NCBI GenBank assembly: GCA_023266895.1
Contig: JAHFOI010000011.1
Span: 1-30,835, forward strand
Length of the DNA stretch: 30,835 nt
DNA from: Candidatus Woesearchaeota archaeon
GTDB lineage: Archaea > Nanobdellota > Nanobdellia > Woesearchaeales > ARS49
Direction: 5' to 3'
Made by a program: the position numbers and the translations under genes. Position 1 is the first letter of the stretch. Every line of letters starts with the position of its first letter. Of the stretch, positions 22,723-30,835 are shown in pieces. Under the pieces are notes generated by a model that was not told the DNA's origin, made no database searches, and was given only the letters and a program-made list of their open reading frames with translations.

Positions 22723-25650
22723 TTATACTGCGCTGACTTGGATGTCTGTTAGGGTTGCTCCTGAAACAAACGCTTCCTTGACTTGACCAACAGTTTTTAT
22801 CATTCCTGTTGCGAGTGCGCGTGCTGCTTGTCTTGTGTTCAAGGCAGTGCGTCCTGCGACCAAGAGTGCCATATTACCATTGGTTTGCTCGTAGAGCTTT
22901 ATCAGTGCCTTGTTTTCAGGGATTGCCTGATAACATGGTTCTGGGTTGCCCATGAGTTTTGCAGAAACTGGGTTTGCGCAAGGTCCACCGACAACGATTG
23001 CATTCCATGCCATTATGTCAGCGACTTCGCTTGCCAGCTTGCTTGCTCCCACTGGTATTGGGTTTACTTGTTGGCTTCCACCACTTGAGCTACTTCCTGA
23101 GGTTGTTGAACCAAAGGTTAAGTACACGTGGCCTCCACGTTGATCCAAGGGGTAGTGAATGTTTTGCAACTCGGCTGTTGTGCTGTCACTTGAGGTGTGT
23201 TGCTCAAATGAAGCGCCATAGACATCAGTTGACATTCGTAAGTTGTTGTCATTCTCTGGGCTTACTGATCCCATGAGTACTGATCTATTGTTCACGCCGT
23301 TGTTCACATCATCTTGGTTTGGTACGCCAAAGGTTACTGAGTTCAAGCTACCATTGCTGCTTGTGTTGAGTGAGGGTCCCGTAAGCAATCCCATTTCGTT
23401 ATTGGCTCTGCCTACAAACTGGAAGTACTCAACCAAGTTTTCGCCTGCATCTCCGCCTTCTGGTTGTCCTTCATCAAACTGGTCTGCCAGTGTGACAAGT
23501 GCGAGTGCGTTTTCTTCCCTGTCTGTGGTGTCATTTACTGTGGGGAACACTGTTGTGTCATATCGAACAACATTGTCAGTGTCTGCCAAAGTTATGTTAC
23601 CACAGTCATTGGTGCTTGCGTTTTGGAAGCCATCATCGTCTGCGTCAAAGATGCCTGTTCGTGAGCTGTTTGAAGCTGAACAATATCTTCCAAGGTCTAA
23701 GATGCCGAGTCCTTTAATGCCAACAAATGCAACGTCAGTGTTTTGCACGTTTCCATCGCCATTGAGGTCAACGAAGATGTTTTTGAACACGTCACTGTCG
23801 CCATTGGTTGCAACCCATACGTTATAGGTTTTTCCGCCTACAACTAATTGGTCGCTGAAACCAAAGTCTACGTTAGCGTCTGCAGTTGCTGCAGCTGTGT
23901 CATCAACGCGTTGGAAGGTAACTTCTTTGCTTCCACCTGCCAGGTCTGTGAAGCTTAGCTTGCTTGAGCTGTTGTCATAGCTGTCATACCTCATCACGTG
24001 TGTGTTACAGGTATTATCAGTGCTTGTGCAATCACTTAAGACAAACCAGTCTTTTAGTGGTATGACAAAGTTCACTTTCAAGTAGTTTGGTGCTGTTCCT
24101 TCATTGTCGTCATCAAGGTTTGCTGCTGCTGCAGTTGTTCCTGCACCAGGCGCATCTGGTTCAATCCAGTGAAGTCGTCTTGATGAGTCGCCTGTTGCAA
24201 AGCCATTCACCGCTGCCACGTTATTGGTTGGTTCTGCGCTCAAGTAAGGCACGTTGTATTTTAGTCCTTCTTGGTTTGTGAACTCAATCCTGTACTGGCT
24301 GTCGCCTGAAGGGTTTAAGTTAAGGTCTGACCAGCCTGTTTCTGTCATGCTATCAAAGACTATGTCCCATCCTGGCACAATCATGCTGTCTGGTTCATCC
24401 AAATAACTTCTGACTCCCATGGTTGTTGTTGGGTAGCCTTTCATTGGTGCATTTCGTGGTGCAACATAAAGGTCTGAACCATCCTTAGGGTCTGCAAGTG
24501 CTCGGATGTTAATGTCATTGATTTCATACTCAGAGTTGTTCACAGTTTCTGTGCCTCTGATTCTGACATTTGCGTTTCTGATAAACTCATTATTGACTTC
24601 CAGTCGTCCATCAAAAGAGTTGGCTGTTGATGTTGAGTCTTCAAGGTGTACTTTGAATGCGCCAAGGTACAACACAACTATGGATTTCTGTGTGTCTTTG
24701 CCTGTTGCAATAATGTCAGAAACACCGAGTTCTGTACCATCCTTAAGGTGGTCTGTATCACCTGAGGTTAATTGGTCTGTTGCTTCACCATTTACAACAA
24801 GGCTTACTGCGCCATCGCCTGCATTTGCAGTTTCTGAGATGACTTTAACTTGCACAGTGTACTCTTTGTCGCCAATGGTAACAGTCTTTGTTTCGCCTTC
24901 TTCAAGGACCAATTTTGCTGAGCCAGTCATGAAATCCAGAGTAACCCGAATATCTGCGCCTGACTTAGACAGGTCTGCATTAACAAGAGTAAGCTGGTTG
25001 CCTAGCATGCTAATTGTTTCACCTTCAAGGTCTTTTAAAGCACCTGCAGTTTCTTTTGATGCAAAACCATCTGAGAATATCATTTGGTATTCAAAGATTT
25101 GTTGGTTGCTACCCCAGTACAAAAAGTCACCAACTAGATCATTGTCATCTTTTGCAAAGACAATTGCGCCAGCTGCTGAGTTATCTGTTCTTGGGTCTGT
25201 GTCGTCATTAAACTTAATGTATTGGTTATAGTCTGTGCTTCCTTTGTCAGTTGTTACTTTTCCTGATGCGAGCGCTTTTAGTTCGCCTGAAAAGGAGTCT
25301 TTGACTTCATTGAGTTCTTCACTAAGCTCAAGGAGGTCTGATGCACCACCAATTTCAGTAACATCGCCTTGAAGCCAGTTTGTTGTTTTCTTGTCGCTTG
25401 TTCCAGTGGAGATTGTGGAAACTGATGCTGTTTGCAATGCTCCCAATATATCTCCCATACCGACAACGTCTTGAGCATCTGCCTTGTCACCCACGACAAC
25501 TGCGAGGTTTGCTGCTGGCATGCCGGCTTTGACAAACGGGCTCGGATAGTCTGCGAGTGTTCCTGCACTTGCGCCCAAAATAGTGGCTCCCACCATTGCG
25601 AGGCCTGTGCCGACCGCGACCATCTTCTTGATAACATTTGTTGTTTTCAT
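22723..25650 (-). CDS. S-layer (surface layer) protein
   Basis: Signal peptide MKTTNVIKKMVAVGTGLAMVGATILGASAG followed by the TLADYPSPFV motif typical of archaeal S-layer N-termini. C-terminal S-layer motif NAIVVGGPCANPVSAKLMG. 975 aa, Thr/Ser/Asn/Asp-rich with many N-x-S/T sequons. Confidence 0.85.
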   Translation of the reverse strand: MKTTNVIKKMVAVGTGLAMVGATILGASAGTLADYPSPFVKAGMPAANLAVVVGDKADAQDVVGMGDILGALQTASVSTISTGTSDKKTTNWLQGDVTEIGGASDLLELSEELNEVKDSFSGELKALASGKVTTDKGSTDYNQYIKFNDDTDPRTDNSAAGAIVFAKDDNDLVGDFLYWGSNQQIFEYQMIFSDGFASKETAGALKDLEGETISMLGNQLTLVNADLSKSGADIRVTLDFMTGSAKLVLEEGETKTVTIGDKEYTVQVKVISETANAGDGAVSLVVNGEATDQLTSGDTDHLKDGTELGVSDIIATGKDTQKSIVVLYLGAFKVHLEDSTSTANSFDGRLEVNNEFIRNANVRIRGTETVNNSEYEINDINIRALADPKDGSDLYVAPRNAPMKGYPTTTMGVRSYLDEPDSMIVPGWDIVFDSMTETGWSDLNLNPSGDSQYRIEFTNQEGLKYNVPYLSAEPTNNVAAVNGFATGDSSRRLHWIEPDAPGAGTTAAAANLDDDNEGTAPNYLKVNFVIPLKDWFVLSDCTSTDNTCNTHVMRYDSYDNSSSKLSFTDLAGGSKEVTFQRVDDTAAATADANVDFGFSDQLVVGGKTYNVWVATNGDSDVFKNIFVDLNGDGNVQNTDVAFVGIKGLGILDLGRYCSASNSSRTGIFDADDDGFQNASTNDCGNITLADTDNVVRYDTTVFPTVNDTTDREENALALVTLADQFDEGQPEGGDAGENLVEYFQFVGRANNEMGLLTGPSLNTSSNGSLNSVTFGVPNQDDVNNGVNNRSVLMGSVSPENDNNLRMSTDVYGASFEQHTSSDSTTAELQNIHYPLDQRGGHVYLTFGSTTSGSSSSGGSQQVNPIPVGASKLASEVADIMAWNAIVVGGPCANPVSAKLMGNPEPCYQAIPENKALIKLYEQTNGNMALLVAGRTALNTRQAARALATGMIKTVGQVKEAFVSGATLTDIQVSAV

Positions 25651-25656
25651 TTACTA

Positions 25657-25663
25657 CACCTCC
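25657..25663 (-). promoter_or_regulatory. Shine-Dalgarno sequence of the S-layer gene
   Basis: Minus-strand GGAGGTG lies 6 nt upstream of the ATG at 25650. Confidence 0.6.
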
Positions 25664-26027
25664 GATTTTACGGTAGCATGGTTTTTTATGTTTGCAATAC
25701 AGGCCCTATACTCCTGTTTGCGAGGGGAACATATCACATAGAATACATTCCCTCTTTTTTGAGACCAACACACATATGCGAGTCACATAGTATTGGTTTT
25801 TGGCTTTGTTTATAAAACTTTCGTAAATGCCGGCATAATGGCGACAATGTCTTTTGGCGAGCAATTTTCTCGTCTATTATGAGGATCTCAAGCAAGAACT
25901 GACTGACGAAAGAAACAGTCTGATGATCACCATTCAGCAAAACATCCAACAAGTCAGAACACGTGTTAGTCAGGAAGAAGCAAACCGCACCTATGCCCAA
26001 AAGAAAAAGAGGAAGTCTCAACGATTT

Positions 26028-26819
26028 TTAGTCCTTAAGCCGAAGCGTGAGACATTTTATAGAACCTCCTGATTTCATAAATTCTGTGAGGTGAAGCAAA
26101 ACTACGGTAAAGCCAAGAGAGTGCATACGCTCAGTAAATGCTGGTGTGCAATTAGTAAGAAAAATCTTTTTTCCAACAATCACCATGTTCAGGGCAAAGT
26201 TGAGTGCGTTTTGTTGATTGACTTCAATGACTCTGGCAAAGCTTTCTTGAATTATTGCTTGCGCTTCTGGAGCAAATGCTGCAGGATAATATACTGCAGT
26301 GTCTTCTTGTGGCATTGCAAAGCACGTATCAAGATGGTAAAACCATGGATTAATGAGCTTGAGCGGTCCAATCAACCGTAGCTCAGGGAACGTTTTTCTC
26401 AGGGCGCTAACTCCTGCTAAGTTTGTTCTATGGCCATACCCGCAAACAATGGTGTTGCCTGTTCTGACAACATCACCTCCTTCAAAAAATTGTGGTGCAG
26501 AAACAACACAATATCCTTTTTCGCCAAGCCATTGTTCAAACAATGCTTGTTCAGGTGTTCGTGCAGGAAATTTGTATGTTGCACGCAAAAAAGTATTTTC
26601 AAACACCACACCACTGTCTGCGCAAAACGTCATGTCTTGCAGATTTTTGCCAGGAGATATTTCCAATATTGTCGCGCCTGCTTGCTCAAGTTGTTCTTTT
26701 GCATGAGTCCATTGTTGGTGTGCAAGGTCAAGATTCAGCCCTCCTCGCAAGCCCATCCAGGGATTAATAGGCTCAGTAAGTGCGAAATATGTTGGTTTGC
26801 TCATGAGAAATGTTGGCAT
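26028..26819 (-). CDS. Amidinotransferase / arginine-deiminase-like (guanidino-group-modifying enzyme superfamily) protein
   Basis: N-terminal FLMSKPTYFALTEPINPWM and the C-terminal catalytic-Cys motif MKSGGSIKCLTL. Start set at ATG 26819, with minus-strand TATA-like box TATATAA 24-30 nt upstream. The ORF-track start 26903 would run into the tRNA-Leu promoter. Confidence 0.6.
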   Translation of the reverse strand: MPTFLMSKPTYFALTEPINPWMGLRGGLNLDLAHQQWTHAKEQLEQAGATILEISPGKNLQDMTFCADSGVVFENTFLRATYKFPARTPEQALFEQWLGEKGYCVVSAPQFFEGGDVVRTGNTIVCGYGHRTNLAGVSALRKTFPELRLIGPLKLINPWFYHLDTCFAMPQEDTAVYYPAAFAPEAQAIIQESFARVIEVNQQNALNFALNMVIVGKKIFLTNCTPAFTERMHSLGFTVVLLHLTEFMKSGGSIKCLTLRLKD

Positions 26820-26907
26820 AACTCGCGAAGAAAACCAGGTGGTTATATGACTTGCGGCGATAAGGTCAAAACCAAAATTTTTGACCAAAACCATTCTTAG
26901 CACTACT

Positions 26908-26917
26908 ATTATAAATA
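26908..26917 (+). promoter_or_regulatory. TATA-box-like element upstream of tRNA-Leu
   Basis: ATTATAAATA ends 26 nt before the tRNA 5' end at 26943. Confidence 0.4.
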
Positions 26918-26942
26918 GGCAGCAATCCGCATCCCTGCATTT

Positions 26943-27026
26943 GCGGCCGTGCCAGAGTGGCCAAATGGGTATGGCTTAGGACCATATGGCTTAGTGCCTT
27001 CGCAGGTTCAAATCCTGTCGGCCGCA
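26943..27026 (+). tRNA. tRNA-Leu (anticodon UAG), type II, no encoded CCA
   Basis: Manual fold: acceptor GCGGCCG/CGGCCGC, discriminator A, anticodon arm TATGG-CTTAGGA-CCATA, long variable arm (TGGCTTAGTGCCTTC), T arm GCAGG-TTCAAAT-CCTGT. Length 84 nt. Confidence 0.88.
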
Positions 27027-27106
27027 TATCAAGAAAATACACACGTTCTTAGCCATACAGAAGAAATGCATGCGAGCAACAGGTCCCGAAATCACAATTG
27101 AGGATA

Positions 27107-27120
27107 CCTGTCGGCCGCAT
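27107..27120 (+). repeat. Second copy (14 nt) of the tRNA-Leu 3' end
   Basis: CCTGTCGGCCGCAT is identical to 27014..27027 (T-stem 3' strand, acceptor, discriminator, plus 1 nt). Confidence 0.75.
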
Positions 27121-27173
27121 CGTGAGTCTCAACGAACGAGCGGACGAGAGCTCCGAAACCCCAGTTGAGACTG

Positions 27174-27216
27174 CTGTCGGCCGCATATCTAGACCATACG
27201 CACTTTCTTAGCCATA
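27174..27216 (+). repeat. Third copy of the tRNA-Leu 3' end together with its 3' flank (43 nt, 38 identical)
   Basis: CTGTCGGCCGCATATC is identical to 27015..27030. The next 27 nt match the tRNA's own trailer (27031..27057) with 5 mismatches. Preceded by a 9-bp hairpin pairing 27125..27133 with 27164..27172. Confidence 0.8.
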
Positions 27217-27374
27217 AAAGAATCAGAATTCAGTTCCTTGTTTATTTGCGAACCACTCAAGATAACCATCATATAAAAAAACAAAAGTTAAAACTATTAT
27301 TGTCAGATACTTTGGAAAACAAGATACTCGTGGATATTGCAGAGGTGGCCTCAATGGCTATTTTTCTATTCATT

Positions 27375-28535
27375 TTACTTTCCTTCAAGTATGTCCAATA
27401 TTTTCTGTGCAACGAATATTTTTCTGTTCTTTTTTCCAGTTATCTCCCTAAGTACTCCTTTCTGCTCTAACTTATGCACGAGAGTTGATGCCCAAGGTAT
27501 AGTTAATTCAAGTTTTGTTGATACATCTGTTATTGTTAAGAAAGGGTTTTTGAAGATGAGGTCTACCAGAAGGTGCATTTTTGGGCTTTCAGATACTTCG
27601 CGCATATTGTTTTGTAGTTCTTCTTTGTAGTTTTCAAGTGATTGGATGAGTTGGAGCGAGCTATTTGCCTGCATTTCCAGTGCTTTTAAGAAAAATGTGA
27701 TCCACTCTTCAATTTTGTTTTTTGAGCTCACTTCATACAGCAAGTCCGTATAGGTGCTCCTGTTTCTGTTAAAGTACTCGCTGATGTAGAGTAATGGTTG
27801 AGATAATATTTTTTCTTTTGAAAGTGTAAGCATAATGAGTAATCTTCCTATTCTTCCGTTTCCATCTCTAAATGGGTGAATTGCTTCGAATTGATAGTGC
27901 ATGATAGCTATTTTGTAAAGTGCATTTATGGAAGGATTCTCACTTAGAAATTCTATTAAGTTTTTCGTTAAGTAAGGCGTTTCTTTTGGTGATGCAGGAA
28001 CAAATTTCGCAGTTTCTAGTGTATCTTGTCTTTTGCCTATTGCATTTTGATCTGTTTTGTACTCGCCTGGATTTTTATCAGAACCTCTTACTCCCCTAAG
28101 CAAAAGTTTATGCATGTCTTTAAGAAGTTGTTCTGTAATTCCTTGGTCTAGTCTTTTTAGTCCATACTCCAGTGCACCTACATAATTTTTGATTTCTTCA
28201 TTATCCAGCGCTTTTTGTGTATCTGTTTCCTTTTGCTTTTCATCTTTATAGACATCTGTTAAGGTTGATCTCGTTCCTTCGATCTCTGAACTTAATGTTG
28301 CTTCTTTTAGAATAAAAGGCATGCGCAGCAGATGAACTTCTTGTGACGTTAGTTTTTGAGTCACTCCATCTAATCTTCCTAACACCAACGCTGTGCTGAG
28401 AAGTGCATTTCCTAATGCAGAGCTCGGAACAAACTCTTTGAAAGGCAATGTTTCTGGTTCAAATCTAAAGTACATTCCGTTCTGCTCCCAAATTACTTTT
28501 CCTGTTTTTGAATTTACAAAATCTTTTTCATCCAT
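27375..28535 (-). CDS. Fic-family protein (Fic_N plus Fic domain plus C-terminal winged-helix)
   Basis: Catalytic motif HPFRDGNGRIGR (HxFx[D/E]GNGRxxR). N-terminal inhibitory-helix-type motif SSEIEG (SxxxEG). C-terminal wHTH-like tail (LVHKLEQKGVLREITGKKNRKIF). Confidence 0.9.
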   Translation of the reverse strand: MDEKDFVNSKTGKVIWEQNGMYFRFEPETLPFKEFVPSSALGNALLSTALVLGRLDGVTQKLTSQEVHLLRMPFILKEATLSSEIEGTRSTLTDVYKDEKQKETDTQKALDNEEIKNYVGALEYGLKRLDQGITEQLLKDMHKLLLRGVRGSDKNPGEYKTDQNAIGKRQDTLETAKFVPASPKETPYLTKNLIEFLSENPSINALYKIAIMHYQFEAIHPFRDGNGRIGRLLIMLTLSKEKILSQPLLYISEYFNRNRSTYTDLLYEVSSKNKIEEWITFFLKALEMQANSSLQLIQSLENYKEELQNNMREVSESPKMHLLVDLIFKNPFLTITDVSTKLELTIPWASTLVHKLEQKGVLREITGKKNRKIFVAQKILDILEGK

Positions 28536-28558
28536 AGTAAGGTAGAAAGCCTATTTAC

Positions 28559-28566
28559 TTTATAAA
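28559..28566 (-). promoter_or_regulatory. TATA-box-like element for the Fic gene
   Basis: TTTATAAA lies 24-31 nt upstream of ATG 28535. Confidence 0.4.
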
Positions 28567-28924
28567 CTTTGCTAAAACTAAGCTTTATTTATAAAGTAAC
28601 ATTAGTTTATATCTAGAAAGTTAACGTAAAACTTAGTTTGTTAACAAAACTAAGTTGAGTTTATAATTAAACATTAGTTCACATTAAAAAAACAAAAAAT
28701 ACAGGCTCGTTACCCTGCTTTTTGAGTACCACGCCCTGAGTTTTCTCCTTGGAAGCACGACCGTTCTAAGCCGCAATAACGCTTTTTTACCGTTGCTATT
28801 CAATCACTTTACTGTTTGGTGACTGAATAACAGAATTTAGAAAATTCATTATTGCTACTTATTAGTAACGAAAAGTTTATATACTCTGCTTGCTCAGCAA
28901 AAACACGCGCTATTGAGGTAAGAA

Positions 28925-29476
28925 ATGACAACACCCTTGCTAAAACTAACTCATAAACAAAAAGGAAGAAATTATGTATTAGGGTTTGAAGATGGAGAGC
29001 ACGTCATGCTGGGCAGAAGAGAAACAAATTTACCTTTCTCAAGAGAGACATCTCGTTATCACGCAACCATTTTTAGACAAGGAGATGATTTTTATTTGTT
29101 AGATCACTCGCTCAATGGAACCTTCGCAGATCCTGCTGGAAGACTTGATCCTGAAGGTTTGCCAACCACACGCTGTGAAACAACACTGTTTCATACTGTA
29201 ATGAATTTTGAGGATAACACCCCTTCTGTTGTTCAACAAGTCCCACCACGAAAACCAATCGCGACCGGAGTGCATTTTGATCGTAGCACTGACAGTAACT
29301 ATTTTTTGGATGTTGCAGTACTTAAAGAGTCTTTAACTGATGCTAAACGAAGAAATGACTGGATTAAAGATGGTAAAGCAACAAAACTTACGCCTGGCAT
29401 GGTAATTGCATTTGGCAACAGGAATGACGTATATATAGTGAGAGCCCTTGCTAAACCACAAAGTGGTGCAGTATAA
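28925..29476 (+). CDS. FHA-domain protein
   Basis: FHA signature spacing: VMLGRRE...SRYHATIFRQGDDFYLLDHSLNGTF (G-R...S-x-x-H...N-G). GAGGT SD-like motif 5 nt upstream of the ATG. The C-terminal about 90 aa are unassigned. Confidence 0.7.
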   Translation: MTTPLLKLTHKQKGRNYVLGFEDGEHVMLGRRETNLPFSRETSRYHATIFRQGDDFYLLDHSLNGTFADPAGRLDPEGLPTTRCETTLFHTVMNFEDNTPSVVQQVPPRKPIATGVHFDRSTDSNYFLDVAVLKESLTDAKRRNDWIKDGKATKLTPGMVIAFGNRNDVYIVRALAKPQSGAV

Positions 29477-29755
29477 TATTACAGCGAATGACCTAACTTT
29501 TTAGGCAGTCAGGTGTCATTTGCTATTACGAACTATAATGGAGGCAGTATATTCTTAATCCTAACTTCGCCACTTTGAGGGTTTTCTGATTATTTTGAGC
29601 AATAGTAGCTTTTGACATTTATGTTTTGCGGTGATTTGGCTCATGAAAAAATGCATGACACTTTGATTAAAATGTGTTTGCCTAACAAATCCGTAAGAAC
29701 ACCTGATAACGCCGGAAGATTTACGGAACTCTGAGTTTAAAAAACATCTGCAACA

Positions 29756-30313
29756 CTATATTTTTCCCACTAATTCAATTATTGGCTTAAGTGTTGTTTT
29801 GCCTGGTGTCCAGCTCACAGGACAGACTTCGCCAGGGTGCTTACTGACATAGATTGCTGCGTTCAGTCGTCGGAGAATTTCTTGTGTGCTTCTACCTATG
29901 CTGTTGTCGTGAATGTCAAACCATTTCACAATTCCTTTCGGATCAACAAGCACTGTTGCACGATAACTTAATCCTTCCTCAGTGAGCGTGTCATATGCTG
30001 CACAAATTGTTTTTGCAGTGTCTGCAAGCATAGGATACGTTATGGTGCGTATTGTTGGGCTCATGTCATGCCATGCTTTGTGCACAAATGCACTATCTGT
30101 ACTTATCGCCAATACTTCTGCACCAAGTTTTTTGAATTCTTGATAATTTTTTGCAATTTCACCAAGTTCTGTGGGACACACAAAGGTGAAGTCTGCAGGG
30201 TAGAACACAAGCAAAACCCATTTGCCTTTGTAGTCAGAAAGTTTTACTTTTTTTATTTTGCCTGCTTGATATGAATCAACACTAAATTCTGGAGCAGGTT
30301 TATTGATAAGCAT
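29756..30313 (-). CDS. Peroxiredoxin (2-Cys Prx/AhpC-type thiol peroxidase)
   Basis: Peroxidatic Cys motif FYPADFTFVCPTE and the resolving-Cys region GEVCPVSW. Confidence 0.9.
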   Translation of the reverse strand: MLINKPAPEFSVDSYQAGKIKKVKLSDYKGKWVLLVFYPADFTFVCPTELGEIAKNYQEFKKLGAEVLAISTDSAFVHKAWHDMSPTIRTITYPMLADTAKTICAAYDTLTEEGLSYRATVLVDPKGIVKWFDIHDNSIGRSTQEILRRLNAAIYVSKHPGEVCPVSWTPGKTTLKPIIELVGKI

Positions 30314-30583
30314 AAAAAGAATAAGACTCTCGCTGTTTTTAAGGTTTATAGTTCTGTGAAATGACCTGCACTCTCGTCAATCGTGCCTGTCACACGCGCC
30401 CATTAAAATACACACCCCCTGCCCCCCCACCCCCCACAAAAAAAAGTTAGCACCGCAAACTGCCAGATTACGAATCTACGGTTCATTACTACCTGCAATT
30501 TCATTCATAGGATGCTGAACAGCACGCTTCTTTGCTCTGATTTTACGTTTTTGTGTTAAGCAACCTTTATAAACAAGGAGTTT

Positions 30584-30835
30584 ATGAACAAGAAAAACCA
30601 AAGGGGGACTGTCATGGAAGCAAGACCATTAGATGCATTGAGTAGAGCACGAGACAAGAAAGTGCTTGTTGACTTAAAGGGCGGTAAGCAATTAACTGGT
30701 GTCTTACGCGCGTTTGATATTCATATTAATGTTGTACTGGACGATACTGAAGAACGTATTGATGGTAAAGTTGTGCGCAAACTTGGCAATGCGTTTGTAC
30801 GTGGTGATACCATTATCATGATCAGCCCTGCATAA
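30584..30835 (+). CDS. Sm-like (LSm/SmAP) RNA-binding protein
   Basis: Sm1/Sm2 motifs: RPLDAL...KVLVDLKGGKQLTGVLRAFDIHINVVLDDTEE...FVRGDTIIMI. Start ambiguous: ATG 30584 follows AAGGAG, while ATG 30614 (MEARPLD...) follows AGGGGGA with more typical spacing. Confidence 0.85.
   Translation: MNKKNQRGTVMEARPLDALSRARDKKVLVDLKGGKQLTGVLRAFDIHINVVLDDTEERIDGKVVRKLGNAFVRGDTIIMISPA

Noticed and set aside
22783-25637. Numerous 60-240-aa ORFs on both strands inside the S-layer gene, and similar antisense ORFs inside gpmI, prs, eno, tfb, hydrolase, DUF1385, aIF2-alpha, amidinotransferase and Prx
   Set aside because: They are nested in or antisense to long, motif-supported CDSs. They are typical shadow ORFs of stop-poor frames.
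25734-26072. Mutually overlapping ORFs 25734..26021 (-) and 25854..26072 (+) between the S-layer and amidinotransferase genes
   Set aside because: The plus ORF looks more protein-like (charged, coiled-coil-like). However, it starts with TTG, has no SD, is not at the position expected for a leaderless start after the TATA-like box at 25809..25816, and overlaps the convergent gene's 3' end. The minus ORF has antisense-type Cys/Leu-rich composition. Neither is supportable from sequence alone.
26943-27216. CRISPR-like interpretation of the short repeat/spacer arrays after tRNA genes
   Set aside because: There are only 2-3 copies. The repeats are 14-33 nt and identical to the adjacent tRNA 3' end, differing at each locus. 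Spacer lengths are irregular (53-116 nt). No cas genes are in the window.

Overview
AT-rich archaeal chromosome segment. The archaeal call rests on TFB, aIF2-alpha, ribosomal proteins S27e and L44e, a GINS-like subunit, an Sm-like protein, a Methanococcus-type S-layer protein and an intron-containing tRNA. TATA-like boxes (TTTATAWA type) also sit about 22-34 nt upstream of many start codons and tRNA 5' ends. The compact layout with many tiny ORFs suggests a small-genome (DPANN-like) archaeon, but that is inference only. Housekeeping content: an eno-prs-gpmI operon, tfb, an rpl44e-rps27e-aIF2alpha cluster, a GINS-like gene, a radical SAM enzyme, the S-layer gene, a peroxiredoxin and four tRNA genes (Ala-GGC, Ser-UGA with intron, Asp-GUC, Leu-UAG). 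Accessory content: a SleB-type cell-wall hydrolase lying between two tRNA genes, two adjacent ORFans (302 and 832 aa), an operon of four micro-proteins, a Fic/FHA divergent pair, a methyltransferase-kinase fusion and an orphan solute-binding lipoprotein. The most unusual signal is non-coding. Every tRNA gene in the window is followed on its own strand by one or two extra direct copies of its own 3' end, running from the T-loop/T-stem to the discriminator and sometimes including flank. These copies are only about 53-117 nt apart. The spacers contain a 58-nt module shared by the unlinked Ser and Asp loci, with two compensatory base-pair changes in a hairpin. All product calls come from motif recognition by eye; no database search, folding program or statistics were run. 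Start codons were refined manually from the ORF track using TATA spacing, SD-like GGAGG/GGGGTG motifs and overlap logic.
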